A DNA stretch of 64,000 nucleotides, filler included, from Sphacelaria rigidula (lineage: Eukaryota): the NCBI GenBank assembly GCA_964200075.2. It is 10 parts of 10 records of this genome, joined end to end, with 100 filler letters (N's around TTAATTAATTAA, not from the genome) between each part and the next. Parts side by side here need not be neighbours in the genome. Positions count along the whole stretch, not along the records: positions 1 to 6,311 come from CAXNAA020020856.1; positions 6,412 to 12,722 come from CAXNAA020020857.1; 8 more parts are not named here. One strand, given 5' to 3'. The position numbers were made by a program, and so were the translations under genes. Under the pieces are notes generated by a model, which was not told the DNA's origin, did not search any database, and was given only the letters and a program-made list of their open reading frames with translations. This document shows positions 1 to 10,735 of the stretch, in pieces. Position 1 is the first letter of the stretch. Each line of letters opens with the position of its first letter.

Positions 1-169
1 CGAAAGAAACGGAGCCCAAAATGAGAAGAAACGAAGCCGCTGAACAGTAACAAATGCTGCCGGAAGCTGACGTGAATGATGTCGGATGTGAAGAAATCGG
101 TCATGTTTTGAATGTAGGGATCTGGTTTCGGGACGCATCGCGATAGAAAGATGTTAGGCAAGGTGGAGA

Positions 170-652
170 GTGAAGAAACGACGAGGGGTGAATGGCACCA
201 GGAAACAGGTCCCCTTCCTAAGCCTTGCGTGTGGCGTGGAAATCGGCGTCAGCACTCCATACCACCACATGACCGACCCCACGGGCGGTGGAGATATGGT
301 ATACGCCCACGCCGACGGCCGCACCTGCGCGAACACCCTCGTCAAAGCGGGCGAGAGCAGTTATCACTCTCGCCACAGATGCGGAGCCACCCCTACCTCA
401 AATCCCCTATTTGACCTGTCGGCGGGGGATAATGACGAAGACTTTGTAACGTGTCGAGACTGCTCCCCCGACACCCGTGCCGAGCTCTTGTCTGATATCA
501 GACAAGAGCTTAGCACGGGTATCGGAAGAACAGTCTCGACACCTCAAAAAATCTTCATCATTATCCTCCGCCGACAGGTCAAAGATGGAATTGGAGGTAG
601 GGAGGGGCTAAGCATTCATAGCGAGGGTGAGAACTGCTCTCGTCCGTATTGA
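170..652 (+). pseudogene. Cys/His-rich, zinc-finger-like coding segment (left arm; reads through the palindrome centre)
   Basis: Motifs LACGxxIG...AHxxxxxC...HxxHxC...CRDC; a stop lies just upstream in frame; many differences from the right-arm copy are at codon position 3. Confidence 0.35.
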
Positions 653-800
653 CTAGGGTCGTCGCGCAGGTGCGGCCGTCAGCGTGAGCGTATACCCTGT
701 CTTCACTGCCGTTGGGGTTGGTCGTGCGGTGGTACGGAGTGCTGACACCGATGTCCACGCCACACGCGAGGCAAAGGAAGGGCGCCTGTTTGTTGGCGCC
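195..800. repeat. Loopless imperfect palindrome (~300-bp arms) centred on GAT|ATC at 496/497
   Basis: AGCTCTTGTCTGAT|ATCAGACAAGAGCT is a perfect centre; GTGTCGAGACTG pairs with CAGTCTCGACAC; TTTGACCTGTCGGCG pairs with CGCCGACAGGTCAAA; ORFs 170..652(+) and 579..1187(-) give near-identical peptides (PFLxLACGVxIGVSTPYH...VYAHADGRTC). Confidence 0.9.
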
Positions 801-900
801 CCTCGGCACTGGCTTCGTTCCCTGGGATAGAGAAATATGTGTGGTGCAAACGGAGCACCTGTCCATGTCGCACGAATCGGGAGAAGGACGAAGGGACGGT
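497..900 (-). pseudogene. Paralogous Cys/His-rich coding segment (right arm; one frameshift near 600)
   Basis: CSVC...CLAC...AHADGRTC, then after a 1-nt shift EDFLRCRDCSSDTRAKLLSD, aligning with EDFVTCRDCSPDTRAELLSD of the left arm. Confidence 0.35.
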
Positions 901-1377
901 CGCGGAAAGTGCAGCGAGGAGAGTACGGGAGGGAACATAGTTGAACCGTGGGCGGATGCGTGACCAACGGGTGTTGGAAGCAATGATGTCAAGCGGTTGG
1001 GAAAAAGCAAGAGGTTGGATACTAGGTTGCTTTCGGTAATCACGTCACGAGCTGAGCTAGTCTGAGGCGTTTTTGGGCGGTTGAACACCTTTGCACGGTC
1101 CATCCTAGTATCGAAAGCTGAAATTAGAGAGTACTCCTCGATGACCCTATCGTAAATATAGCACCGGCCTGTTGGTAATTGTGGCATTGTCTACAATCAG
1201 ATTTCGGGTACGAGCTGGGCCAGCCCCAAAGCGGATTCGTAGATTGCAGGCGAATTCGCAATCCTCAGGGGTGGACAACGAAAATCGGTATGGACAATGA
1301 ACAGGGTATGAGTAAAAAAATGTGTGTTCGGTCATGACTTTTCTTTTGTTTAGTGATTTGAGGGCACTTTACCAAAC

Positions 1378-2046
1378 CACAGGCACCGTAGGTGAGGTAG
1401 GTACCCGGTACCGGTATTTGGGACATCTCATACCCTACCGATACCGGTCCAGTCCGGTATTTTGAAATGTCATACCTACGATACCTACGATACCACGGTA
1501 TTTCAAGTTTTCAGTACCTACCGTATCCGCCGAACCCGGTATTTTCAAAACTCATACCTACGATACCTGCGATACGAGGGTAAGATATCAATACCTACCG
1601 CACCCGCCCCATCCGGTATTTTGAAATGTCATACCTACGATACCTACGATACCACGGTATTTCAAGTTTTCAGTACCTACCGTATCCGCCGAATCCGGTA
1701 TTTTCAAAACTCATACCTACGATACCTGCGATACGAGGGTAAGATATCAATACCTACCATACCCGCCCAATCCGGTTTTTTTAAGTGTCATACCTACGAT
1801 ACCACGGTATTTCGAGATTTCAATACCTACCGTATCCGCCCAATCCGGTATTTTCAAAACTCATACCTACGATACCTGCGATAACAGGGTATTTCGAGAT
1901 TTCAGTACCCACCGTACCCGCTCAATCCGGTATTTTCAACCCTCATAACTACGATACCTACGATACCTACGCGTACCACGGTATGGGATACCCCGGTAAA
2001 TACCGGGGGGTATGCTCGGTACTGTACCTCACCTACGGGGCCTGTG
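1378..2046. mobile_element. hAT-like MITE with an internal 159-bp tandem repeat
   Basis: TIRs CACAGGCACCGTAGGTGAGGTA / TACCTCACCTACGGGGCCTGTG; 8-bp TSD TACCAAAC/TACCACAC; sits in the central spacer of family A. Confidence 0.8.
1453..1985. repeat. Tandem repeat, 159-bp period (dimer of ~80-bp subunits), about 3.3 copies
   Basis: TCCGGT(A/T)TTTT unit starts at 1453, 1612 and 1771. Confidence 0.9.
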
Positions 2047-2331
2047 TACCACACCTTTAAACTGATTATCGCCCTTACCTCATCAAAAAAAACTTTGGGA
2101 CCCCGTCCTGTTGATTGTCCATACCAATTTTCAGTTTCCAACTTCAAGTGAACAAAGGCGGAATCGATTTTCGAAGCCGGGTCAGAGAAAATTGGGAACG
2201 TTATTTTGCAGGCGGTTTACCGGCCCACGTTTGGTGTTTGTGTCTTGAAACTTTGTGTGAAACCTCGCTAGGTCATGATGAACCGAAAAATTTGGATGAG
2301 GTTGGTTTTGATTCATTTTTCCGCTTGTTGA

Positions 2332-2806
2332 GGCCGCTTCTTACAACAAACAAACATAAAAATCTTGAAGAGTGCTTTTTTGGAGCTTTAACGTCGTTTT
2401 ACACCCTAAAAAGTAGCTAGGCGGACGTTGACACCTTGGAATGACTTGCTCTACTAGTTGAGGCGGTTCCAGGATATTTTCCCGTTCTCCGGTGGTGGCA
2501 GTTTTTGTTTTGGCCAAACAAGAATTTTTGTCCAAGAACGGTAAAAACAGTCGAGTCCAGAGAAAAGCGGCGATTTTTTCTGGACTTGAATGTTTTTCCC
2601 GTTCTTGGACAAAAATTCTTGTTTGGTCTACACGAAAACTGCGGCCACCGGAAAACGGGAAGATGTCCTGGTACCGCTTCATTTAGTAGCGCAAGTCATT
2701 CCAAGGTGTCAAAATCCGCCTAGATATCTGTGGGGGCGTTAAACGACGTGTAAGCTCCGAAGAGGCACTTTCCCAGCTTTATTTTTGTCTGCTATAAGGA
2801 GCGGCC
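2332..2806. mobile_element. Fully palindromic PIF/Harbinger (Tourist-like) MITE
   Basis: Ends GGCCGCT...AGCGGCC with 3-bp TSD TGA/TTA; pairing continues inward (TAGGCGGA..TTGACACCTTGGAATGACTTGC with GCAAGTCATTCCAAGGTGTCAA..TCCGCCTA); removing it restores the host motif TGAGGGCGTTTTAG seen near 30970. Confidence 0.8.
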
Positions 2807-3992
2807 TTAGGGCGTTTTAGTAAGATAACGACTATAATTTCACGAGAATGCCTAAATCTCTTGTCCTCCCCCAGGAAAAAATGGAGGTCCATTTCATTTA
2901 TTTATTCAGCAGACCTCTGCTGACCTCCCCCATGCCAAGTTGCTAAATCACAATTAGAAAAGTTGAGCTGAAACATTGAGATGAGGCCCAAGAGCAATGC
3001 TCATTTCTCTTGAAAACTCCCCTGAAAACACAAAAATAAATGAGAAAAAAAACAATAAAAAAAGTATCACGCTGTTTTTTTTTCAATTCCGTTATGCACT
3101 ATCGACTCTCCATACGAAATTTCATAGCACAACTCCGAAAACCTGCGACACGATATCCAAATTCAGGATATCTGGTGCCTCTACCCGTTATATATTGATG
3201 TTCATATGGAATCTTATGTGTGCCATATCCTGAAATAGATCAAGAATTAGGTGAAGGTGAGGTTATCTATCATCTCCCCGTGCTCCAGGGAAAACCCACA
3301 CCAAAAATCTTCATTCGCTGAATGTATCGTTCGGGGTTTCATATAGATTTCAGTGTGGACGCTATCCCCGTGCGGTATCGGAATTCCTAGATATGAGATT
3401 GAATCAACGGCAAAAAAAATTGGCCCAGTTTGTTTTAGCAGATGGGCACCTTCCTCTTGATTGGACGGTTCACACGATATACGGATCACGGCCGATCTTG
3501 TCTGTGTCGTTGATAATCGCTTTGAGAGATTGAATTCATTTTTAGCCTGACCCGGCTCGTATAGGACCGAGGCGAACCAGGAAGCACAGCATGTTGGAGT
3601 GAGTTGTATTGCGTAAACACAAACAAGGTGGGAGGTGCCCTTCCAGCGAGCCATTTCAAATTTGTGTTGAATGGTGGCTGAAATTGGATAGTGTCACCTT
3701 CTATGGCAAAGTACACCGAGCACATGCATCAATTTGGCTGGGAACTGGGCAAGTTAATACTGACCATCTCCACGGAAACTGGAGTCAAACTGGAAATGGC
3801 TCCGAGAGCACCAGTTGTCCAGTTTATCTGGGGTTTTGTCGTGACCGGGCAGTTTTATAATAGTTGTTATTATGTTCAATTTATAACAAAGAAACACTGT
3901 TTATAGTTAGACTGCACGATTGAAGTCGGCACTCTACAGTAGTACAGGTACCACGAACTTCGTTGATATCTGGTTGTTCTGCAGTTTTCCAT

Positions 3993-4465
3993 CTACCGAG
4001 TAGGTAGAGGAGGCTTACAGAAAATCCAGAACTTGTCGGGAGAGGAATGAAGATTGTATAGAAAATCGAACCCGCACTCGGGAATATCTACAAGGGTATG
4101 CACTAACCCGGGTGGGGGTAAACCTTGTGTACAGAAAATACAAACCTGTAGGGTAGGGGTATAGGGGGGTACAACAGTCATGTAACTATCGTGGACCAGT
4201 ATGAAACTCTCACAGAGGTCACAGAACTATCGAGTAGAAGTATGAAAGTGTTACTGAAATCACAGACGTATCGAGTAGGGAGGATAAAAGTCTTCCAGAA
4301 GTCACAGAAATATCGAGTACCGGTATGAAAGTCTTACAGAAGCTACAGAACTGTCGGGTACCAGTTTGAAAGTCTTACAGAGGTCACAGAACTGTCGGGT
4401 AGGGATAATACCCGGCAAGATATCCCGGGTATACAACAAACCGTATCCTATACAACACAGGGTTG
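3993..4465. repeat. Dispersed repeat family B with ~41-bp tandem subunits
   Basis: Units like CAGAACTGTCGGGTACCGGTATGAAAGTCTTACAGAAGTCA at about 4185-4400; related copies at about 4720-4950 and 54695-54928. Confidence 0.7.
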
Positions 4466-4971
4466 GACACCACCACCATCAAATTCGATTACCTACCTTG
4501 CTACTTGATACCGCTGGTGGCTCAGATAAAGCGCCCCCACTCGATCCACCACTCGTGTCTAGGAATGATCCACCCAGACGGTCTGTATTGCTTTCCATTT
4601 TTCGCTTTTCCACTCAACGGTACCCTGTAACCCGCCAGCGTACGAAACTTGAAATTTTGATCTTGATGGGTGCATGCTTTTGCGTGAACGAGGAAAGTTT
4701 GATTGATGAGGGTTAGGGAACAAATGCAAGTTATCAGACTGTGTAGGGATTGAACCAATATCCATACCTCCCCCGGACATATACCCGTACTCTGCCTGCA
4801 TCGGATACACGCACAGGAGTATACCCTGACCCCGGGTGTGGGTTATGGGGGGCTTACAGACCTTGCAGAATTGTCGACCAAGGGTTTGATGGACTTACAG
4901 AACTGACAAAACTGTCGGGTACCGGTATGAACGTTTCACAGGGGTGACAGGGTTGAGGAACACACAGCAGT

Positions 4972-5329
4972 AGCCGGTCGCCCCGGTGGCTCAGATGGTA
5001 ACCTCGAAAATTTCTGACGGTCGGGAAGTGGCTTCGAATTTCGGGAGACATGAAATTTTCTCCCACACAGTGCCCAACAGTGGAGAGCGACTATGTAGTG
5101 AGTAAACAAAACTCGACTTCACGATCGACGAGGGAAGGAACCGCTGAATTCTTCTCTCGGTATGAAAAAAGGCAAGCACCGCAGGAGGAAGGTGGAGTGA
5201 TGAAAATAAATCAAAAGGAAAAACACTCCTGTTAGCCTTCCTCTCTCTGACCCCGGCTGATGCGCCCACATGTACCGAACGGTGTAGACTGGCGTTTAGA
5301 ACAGATGGGATGACAACGCACACACACGC
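4972..5329 (+). mobile_element. tRNA-derived SINE, family 1
   Basis: Head with A box TGGCTCAGATGG, a CTG anticodon-like loop and a degenerate B box (TTCGAAT); (CA)n tail; homologous to 5587-5842, 34927-35309 and 57746-57799. Confidence 0.75.
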
Positions 5330-5586
5330 AGCGTGTTGACATCATGGGTGTAAATAGAACGAGTCATCATCAGTTCTGTACAGGATCGGGTTCTCAGTGT
5401 TCGATAACGAAATTCCGAAAAATGGGGGCGGAGCGGACAGGTGCGCGGCCAGCAAGGGGGCGAGCGTGGGGGTATGATGCCAACAGACTCACGGCGCCAG
5501 TGTACTTTTGATGGTACATGTCCCAGTATGTAGTAGAAATACAGCATTTACCGTGTTGTATTCAATGAATCGTCGTCAGTATCTCA

Positions 5587-5842
5587 ATGCCCAACAGTAG
5601 AGGGCGACAATGTTGTGGGTACACAAAATTCGGCTACACGGTCGACGAGGGAACGGGGCTGCTGGACCTGTCTCGCGATCAAAAAAGAAGGCAAGGACCG
5701 CACGAGGAAGGCGGGGAACAAGAACAAAAAAATGAAAACCTTCCGTGTTGACCTTCCACATGTGTGATCCCGGCTGATGCGTCTATATGTACCGAAAGGT
5801 GTCGACCAGCGTCCAGAATAGCTGGGATGACGACACACACAT
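5587..5842 (+). mobile_element. SINE family 1, 5'-truncated copy
   Basis: TGCCCAACAGT..AG.GCGAC ... CCGGCTGATGCG ... GGGATGAC(A/G)AC + (CA)n, shared with 5071-5329. Confidence 0.7.
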
Positions 5843-5850
5843 TATGGATA

Positions 5851-6120
5851 CGAACTGGGCCAGCTGAACCCTTGCGGAACTCAGTAACGATTTTCATCTT
5901 TGTGAATCGGCATCATTCTGACCTGAAAATGACTGAAATTGATGCCGATTCACGAAACAGAAGTCATGAGTGGGTTCCAAAAGGGACAAAAACATATTGG
6001 AGCTTTCAAAGCAATATCTCATCGACACAGACGAGTTGGGCCGTGATCAGCACATCGCATCAATCGTCCAATCAAGGGGATGGTGCCCATCTGCTGGCCC
6101 AATATTTTCTCGTTGATCAT
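5851..6120 (+). mobile_element. Family A terminal fragment
   Basis: TA|CGAACTGGGCCAGC terminus, then GACACAGACGAGTTGG.CCGTGATC...AATCAAGGGGA..TGCCCATCTGCT shared with 14615-14686. Confidence 0.6.
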
Positions 6121-6311
6121 GTTGGAAAATGAGGCTGCGGAGCCATGCTCTTCAACGCTTCGTATGGTATAGACTACATGTATCTAGTGTTGGAATCGCA
6201 GGTGCCGGTCACGAAGGTTTGGTCTCATGTGAGGATATGATGTGGGATAGCAGTTGTGATGCATGAATCACTCTCCTCGGTTGACCGTTCAACACGGTGG
6301 GTTGTTTGGAC

Positions 6312-6411
6312 NNNNNNNNNNNNNNNNNNNNNNNNNNNNNNNNNNNNNNNNNNNNTTAATTAATTAANNNNNNNNNNNNNNNNNNNNNNNNNNNNNNNNN
6401 NNNNNNNNNNN
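6312..6411. other. Artificial contig spacer N44-TTAATTAATTAA-N44 (first of nine; the others start at 12723, 19133, 25543, 31953, 38363, 44773, 51183, 57593)
   Basis: Identical 100-nt blocks containing a six-frame stop linker, recurring about every 6.41 kb. Confidence 0.98.
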
Positions 6412-6829
6412 ATGAGCGATTTTCAGAGTTTTTTGCTGAGCGCGGGATGTGCTCTGAAAAGGTGACGGCCCGATGCATTCAGATCGTAGCACAGATTGCG
6501 AAAGAGAGCGCTCCGATCGCACACGTTGCGAAAGAGGAATGGGGTGTTGAACTCGACTCCTCACAGTAGTCCCATGACCAACGCGCCGTTCTCAACGAAA
6601 GCAATTGAGAAATAAGCACAGATAGGGCACCAAGATTGACATTGACTTCCGCCGGGTCGTCAGGCTGATTGAATCGGAAGTTACCGGTGACAGTTGCGTT
6701 CGGACAATATAGGCACCATGTCATCAGCTATATATAGCCAGACCATCAGAGTCAAGATGCGTTGCTTATTCAGGCTCTAGTTCCGTATGCGCGCATAAAG
6801 TTAATCTTGATTCATTTTTTTAGCTTGAG

Positions 6830-7639
6830 CAGGGGGCAGCGTAAAAAACAAATGTGGACATCTTGGCCCCAATATCAAGAATTAGATTTTTTGAGGGGGG
6901 GAGCGGGGGGGGGCACCCAGTCGTCTGTCCCCTAGTTATTGCCGAAGCGTTGGCGAATATGGTCAGCTACCGTGGACAGAGATGCTTGGCATGGGGACTT
7001 GCGGCCATCGGGACAGAGCGGGCAAGGAGCAGAAGCAAATTTTACATAAACCCCGCAAAGTCCACCAGACTTTTCGATTTTTGTCAGTATTTATCGATCA
7101 ATTGCTTGCAACAAAATCGATGGGGAAAAAAAAAATGAGGACTATTTTCGAAAAAATGCCTCCCGGCATCTGAGATCATCGGTGTAATGCGTGAGAGGAC
7201 CGCGTGCTTAAAAGACCGTATCGGAATTGAAACACACCTAAGGTTATGGTTGGGGTTAGTGTTACGTGGTTAGGGTCAGGGGCGTGGTCCCTGCAGGGAC
7301 TGGCCCCATTGGTTTTGAAAAGCGTCGATCCTGAGGTGTTTCGAACTACGACGCGGTCCCCTCAGCACGCGTTCCTCTCACGCATTACAATCGTGACAGA
7401 CCGGACAAAATGAGTGAAAGGAGATATATGCGAACTACGCAAAGCTCACCAGACTTCTCGGTTTTTGTCAGTGTATATGTATCAATTTCTTGCAACAATA
7501 TCAACAGAAAAGAATCAAAACAGTCTTTGTTGATCAATTTCTTGCAACGAAGTTGACAAAAACAAACATGACAATTTTCGAAAACTGCCCTCCGGGGGGG
7601 GGGCTACATATGTCCAAAACAAATCCGCGCTACCCCCTG
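6830..7639. mobile_element. hAT-like non-autonomous element, family C
   Basis: Ends CAGGGGGCAGCG / CGCTACCCCCTG; imperfect flank duplication GCTTGAG/GCTCAAG; body (GGCACCCAG..CTGTCCCCTAGTT..., CAGAGCGGGCAAGGA.CAGAAGC..., TTTTCGAAAA..TGCCTCCCGG) recurs at 37845-38300. Confidence 0.6.
7183..7389. mobile_element. TGT...ACA MITE (possibly Ginger-type) nested in family C
   Basis: 26-bp TIRs TGTAATGCGTGAGAGGACCGCGTGCT / AGCACGCGTTCCTCTCACGCATTACA; flanks ATCGG/ATCGT; the uninterrupted host site GAGATCATCGGAACAGAGCGG is at 38141. Confidence 0.7.
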
Positions 7640-9666
7640 GCTCAAGTAAGCTTTTTTTAAGGTTGTAAACGGCTTGGCATGAATGAAACGCGCATAAAAT
7701 TGCGATAATTGTTTATGCGCCTCCTGCACTGACTCTAGCAGCTGCCCGCAAGTGCTCCATGCGGCGTGACTCGTCACCAGATAGGCCGACAGGCTTCAGA
7801 CTTCAAGGCTTCAAACTTCGGTTATCGTGTTTCGTGTTCCCATGTGTTGCGGGTCTCATCAGAAAAGCGTACCACTCTATTTTCTATATACGTGGTACTA
7901 CTGTGCGATGTTTTGAGAAAGGTGAATGACTGCTCGTTGTCCGAATCCTTTTCACGTCTCATTGTATTTCAAGAAGAACAGATAGTCTCGCGCTGTCTGT
8001 ACTGCACGTTGCCTGCTTTTGGTTCACATCCTACCGTACGAAAGACGCACGGACACACCCAGACACCCGGCATGCTAACAGTGCAGACATCACAGATTGT
8101 ACTGTTCACAAGCTACGAAGTACCGCCGACTGTGCTGTTCACAAGCCACCAAGTACCGCTTCACGAATTTTGCTTGCTTCTGTCGATCGAAAACCTCAAA
8201 ATTCGCCTGGACCCAACTCTATTTCACCACCTTGGTACTGTACTGTTGTACTTTTGTACTTTACTGTGAGAAAGGCTGATCGAGGCCAAAATATAAAGGA
8301 AGGTTTTGCAAATTGTGTCCGAGATCTTCCTGACGGAAAATCGCACAAGCCAATGAGATGGGAATGATACGCCCATTCGATCGGCGAAGAAGCGAATGGG
8401 CCTCCCGGTCGGCTGAGAAAGAAGCGCAGAAGGTCATCTGCAACCATGACACGGACACGTCCCTGCTGCATTGCACCGCCGGTACGGTCTTTACATCATT
8501 CATTTTCACGTCAAAACTGTGGCAATGCAACACAGATGAGCCGCTCTGGAGATGCCCCTCTGTATAGGTCGAAACAAAGCCGAACAAAAACGCACAGTAA
8601 AGTACAGCAGTGAAATGCTTCACATCACAGTACAGTGTTGTCTTCTATCTCCCACCCGTTGCGTTCGTTTCGTTCGTCCATGAGTATCACCAAGGCTGAG
8701 ACTACACGAAACCCTCCGACACTTTCATCCCTTCCTGCCTCCAGTTGCAAAAACAGTTCTTGGGCTGCGGTGGGCATTCATTTGTGAAGTGAATACTTCT
8801 CCCATAACAAACACAACTGACCTATCATGAGGTGACTGCTCTCCCTGTGAATAGACAAAGCCGAAGTGCACCGTACAGCACAGTACAATCCGTACAGCGC
8901 AGTACAGTACAATATTTTCTTCTCTGTGCCCCCCACCGCATTCCCCCCTTCTTCTGCGGGTATCGTCGAGAATCGGATAACTCATTTGGAGATCGTCACT
9001 TTTGCTTCCCGCTTTAAAAGTGACGCTTGATCGCCGTGTGTGTGTGTCATGCCCTGTGCATCTGCACGTACCACTACCATTTACGAAGTGTCCTTGAACC
9101 CCTGAGTCACGACGGTGTGAAACAGACAGTGCCGACGACACCGCCGCGAAATGCACGACCTCGATACTGCACTGTACTGTACTGTACTGCACTTTTGCAC
9201 TGACCACCGTTCGAGCCAGCCGTGACGTGTGCATCGTAACCAGCTGCACTGTAGTATTTGTGTGTACCAGCTACCGCTTTCCGAGGACACGGGTGATTGT
9301 CTCGCAGTCGGAGACAGGTCTGGATATGTCTACGGGCGTGACAGCATGAGATGAATGAACGACGTTATACCTTCACAAATTATTAACCCGACCAAACGCA
9401 CACACTTGCAACAAACAGCACGGCATACTACTGTCGCCATGGTGATGTCTTCTGTAGTACACGCCACACCCTTTACCTTTGCCCGTCGCCATGGTGTTGC
9501 TTCTGTGTTACTGGGTACACATCAATCATATGATGCATGAGGACACGCACAAAAGTACCTCCGATTCAGATCTCTTGACACCGCGACAGTTCTGGGAACC
9601 GCACAGCGAACAGCTGCACTCAACAGAAGCGCACAATGCAGCCTTGGTGATATGTTGTCCGCTTAA

Positions 9667-9763
9667 CCCTTAGACCGTGAGATTAGTCTTTCTGGATCAT
9701 GCGTAATTTGTTTCACTGCAATTGATGCCGATTCAACAGAAGACTAATCTCGCGGTCTGAGGG
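9667..9763. mobile_element. 97-bp piggyBac-type MITE
   Basis: TTAA|CCCTTAGACCGTGAGATTAGTCTT ... AAGACTAATCTCGCGGTCTGAGGG|TTAA; a second copy lies at 30717-30813. Confidence 0.85.
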
Positions 9764-10735
9764 TTAAGCGAGCCACGCCGATCACCTTGGGTTCACTGCA
9801 CAGCTGGGTACACGAACAGCATCGTTTGTCTCTTCGTAATTCGTGACCTTTTTGTACGGGTGCATGCCCAGCACAACATATACGGAAAATGAGTGTTTGC
9901 TGCAGTGAATTTCACCACTTGGTAGGGATTTGTTGGTCTGACTTGGTTTTGAAACCGATTTGTGAGGCGTATATCCATTCTGAACATTGTGTCCAACCCT
10001 TTGAGCGCCCAGGTGGGTCATCTATCATCTGTAGAGTCGGCATCATCTTCAGTCACTTGAACATTGAATATGAGACTCAGATCACAAACCCTTGCGGTCA
10101 ATGGGTTCGAAGCGCTGAGATAAAGATTTATTAGCGGTGGGAAAATCGAAGTTCAACGCTGTTCCTGGGGGCTGTACAACAGTGTGCTTCAAGTTATCTG
10201 GAAAGGAAAGCGACCTCCTTTCGAGGGAACGTCCGGCGCTCAGCACACAACATAGAAATCACTTTTAAACCCAAGGCGGGAACAACCACCCGGCAGTAAG
10301 GTGACAAAGCGTTCGACAGCAGCGCACTACGCTTTTTCCACCAGTCACCAGCGTACATGGCAGTGCGTTCTACTGCGTTCTAGCAACGCACGTGCGTCGG
10401 ACGTCCCGTTGTTGGGCGATGGGTTTCCAGGTTATAGGTGACAGTACAGTGCTTTGCGATGCTGACAAAAAACACTGAATTGCTTTGCACGGGTGCGATG
10501 TGTCAGATTGGTAGTGTCCAGACTTCTGGGTTTTTAAATTCTATGGGTACTCATTCAACGTGACCGTTGCCAATGGAACATCTGTCGACCTGCGTTTGCA
10601 GTTTGATAGAGAAGGGTGACTGTTTTCTCCTCTTCAGTCCGTGCGTTTGACGAAAATTTGTGTTCCGAAAAGGATCACACGCTTACTTGATCCCAGTATG
10701 GAGCGGAGGCTCATTTTCCCTAATAATATTGAAGA

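Larger units (their letters stand above)
1211..3559. mobile_element. Non-autonomous TIR/foldback element, family A (TA-flanked, Tc1/mariner-like ends), carrying two nested MITEs
   Basis: TA|CGAGCTGGGCCAGCC at the left and GCCTGACCCGGCTCG|TA at the right; body homologous to 12823-14278, 14563-14942 and 30395-31628. Confidence 0.7.

Noticed and set aside
1462..1884. 140-aa repetitive ORF
   Set aside because: A by-product of the 159-bp tandem repeat (a multiple of 3) inside a MITE.
6312..6411. TTAATTAATTAA recurring every ~6.41 kb
   Set aside because: A six-frame stop linker inside N padding; an artefact of contig concatenation. Gene neighbourhoods across it mean nothing.
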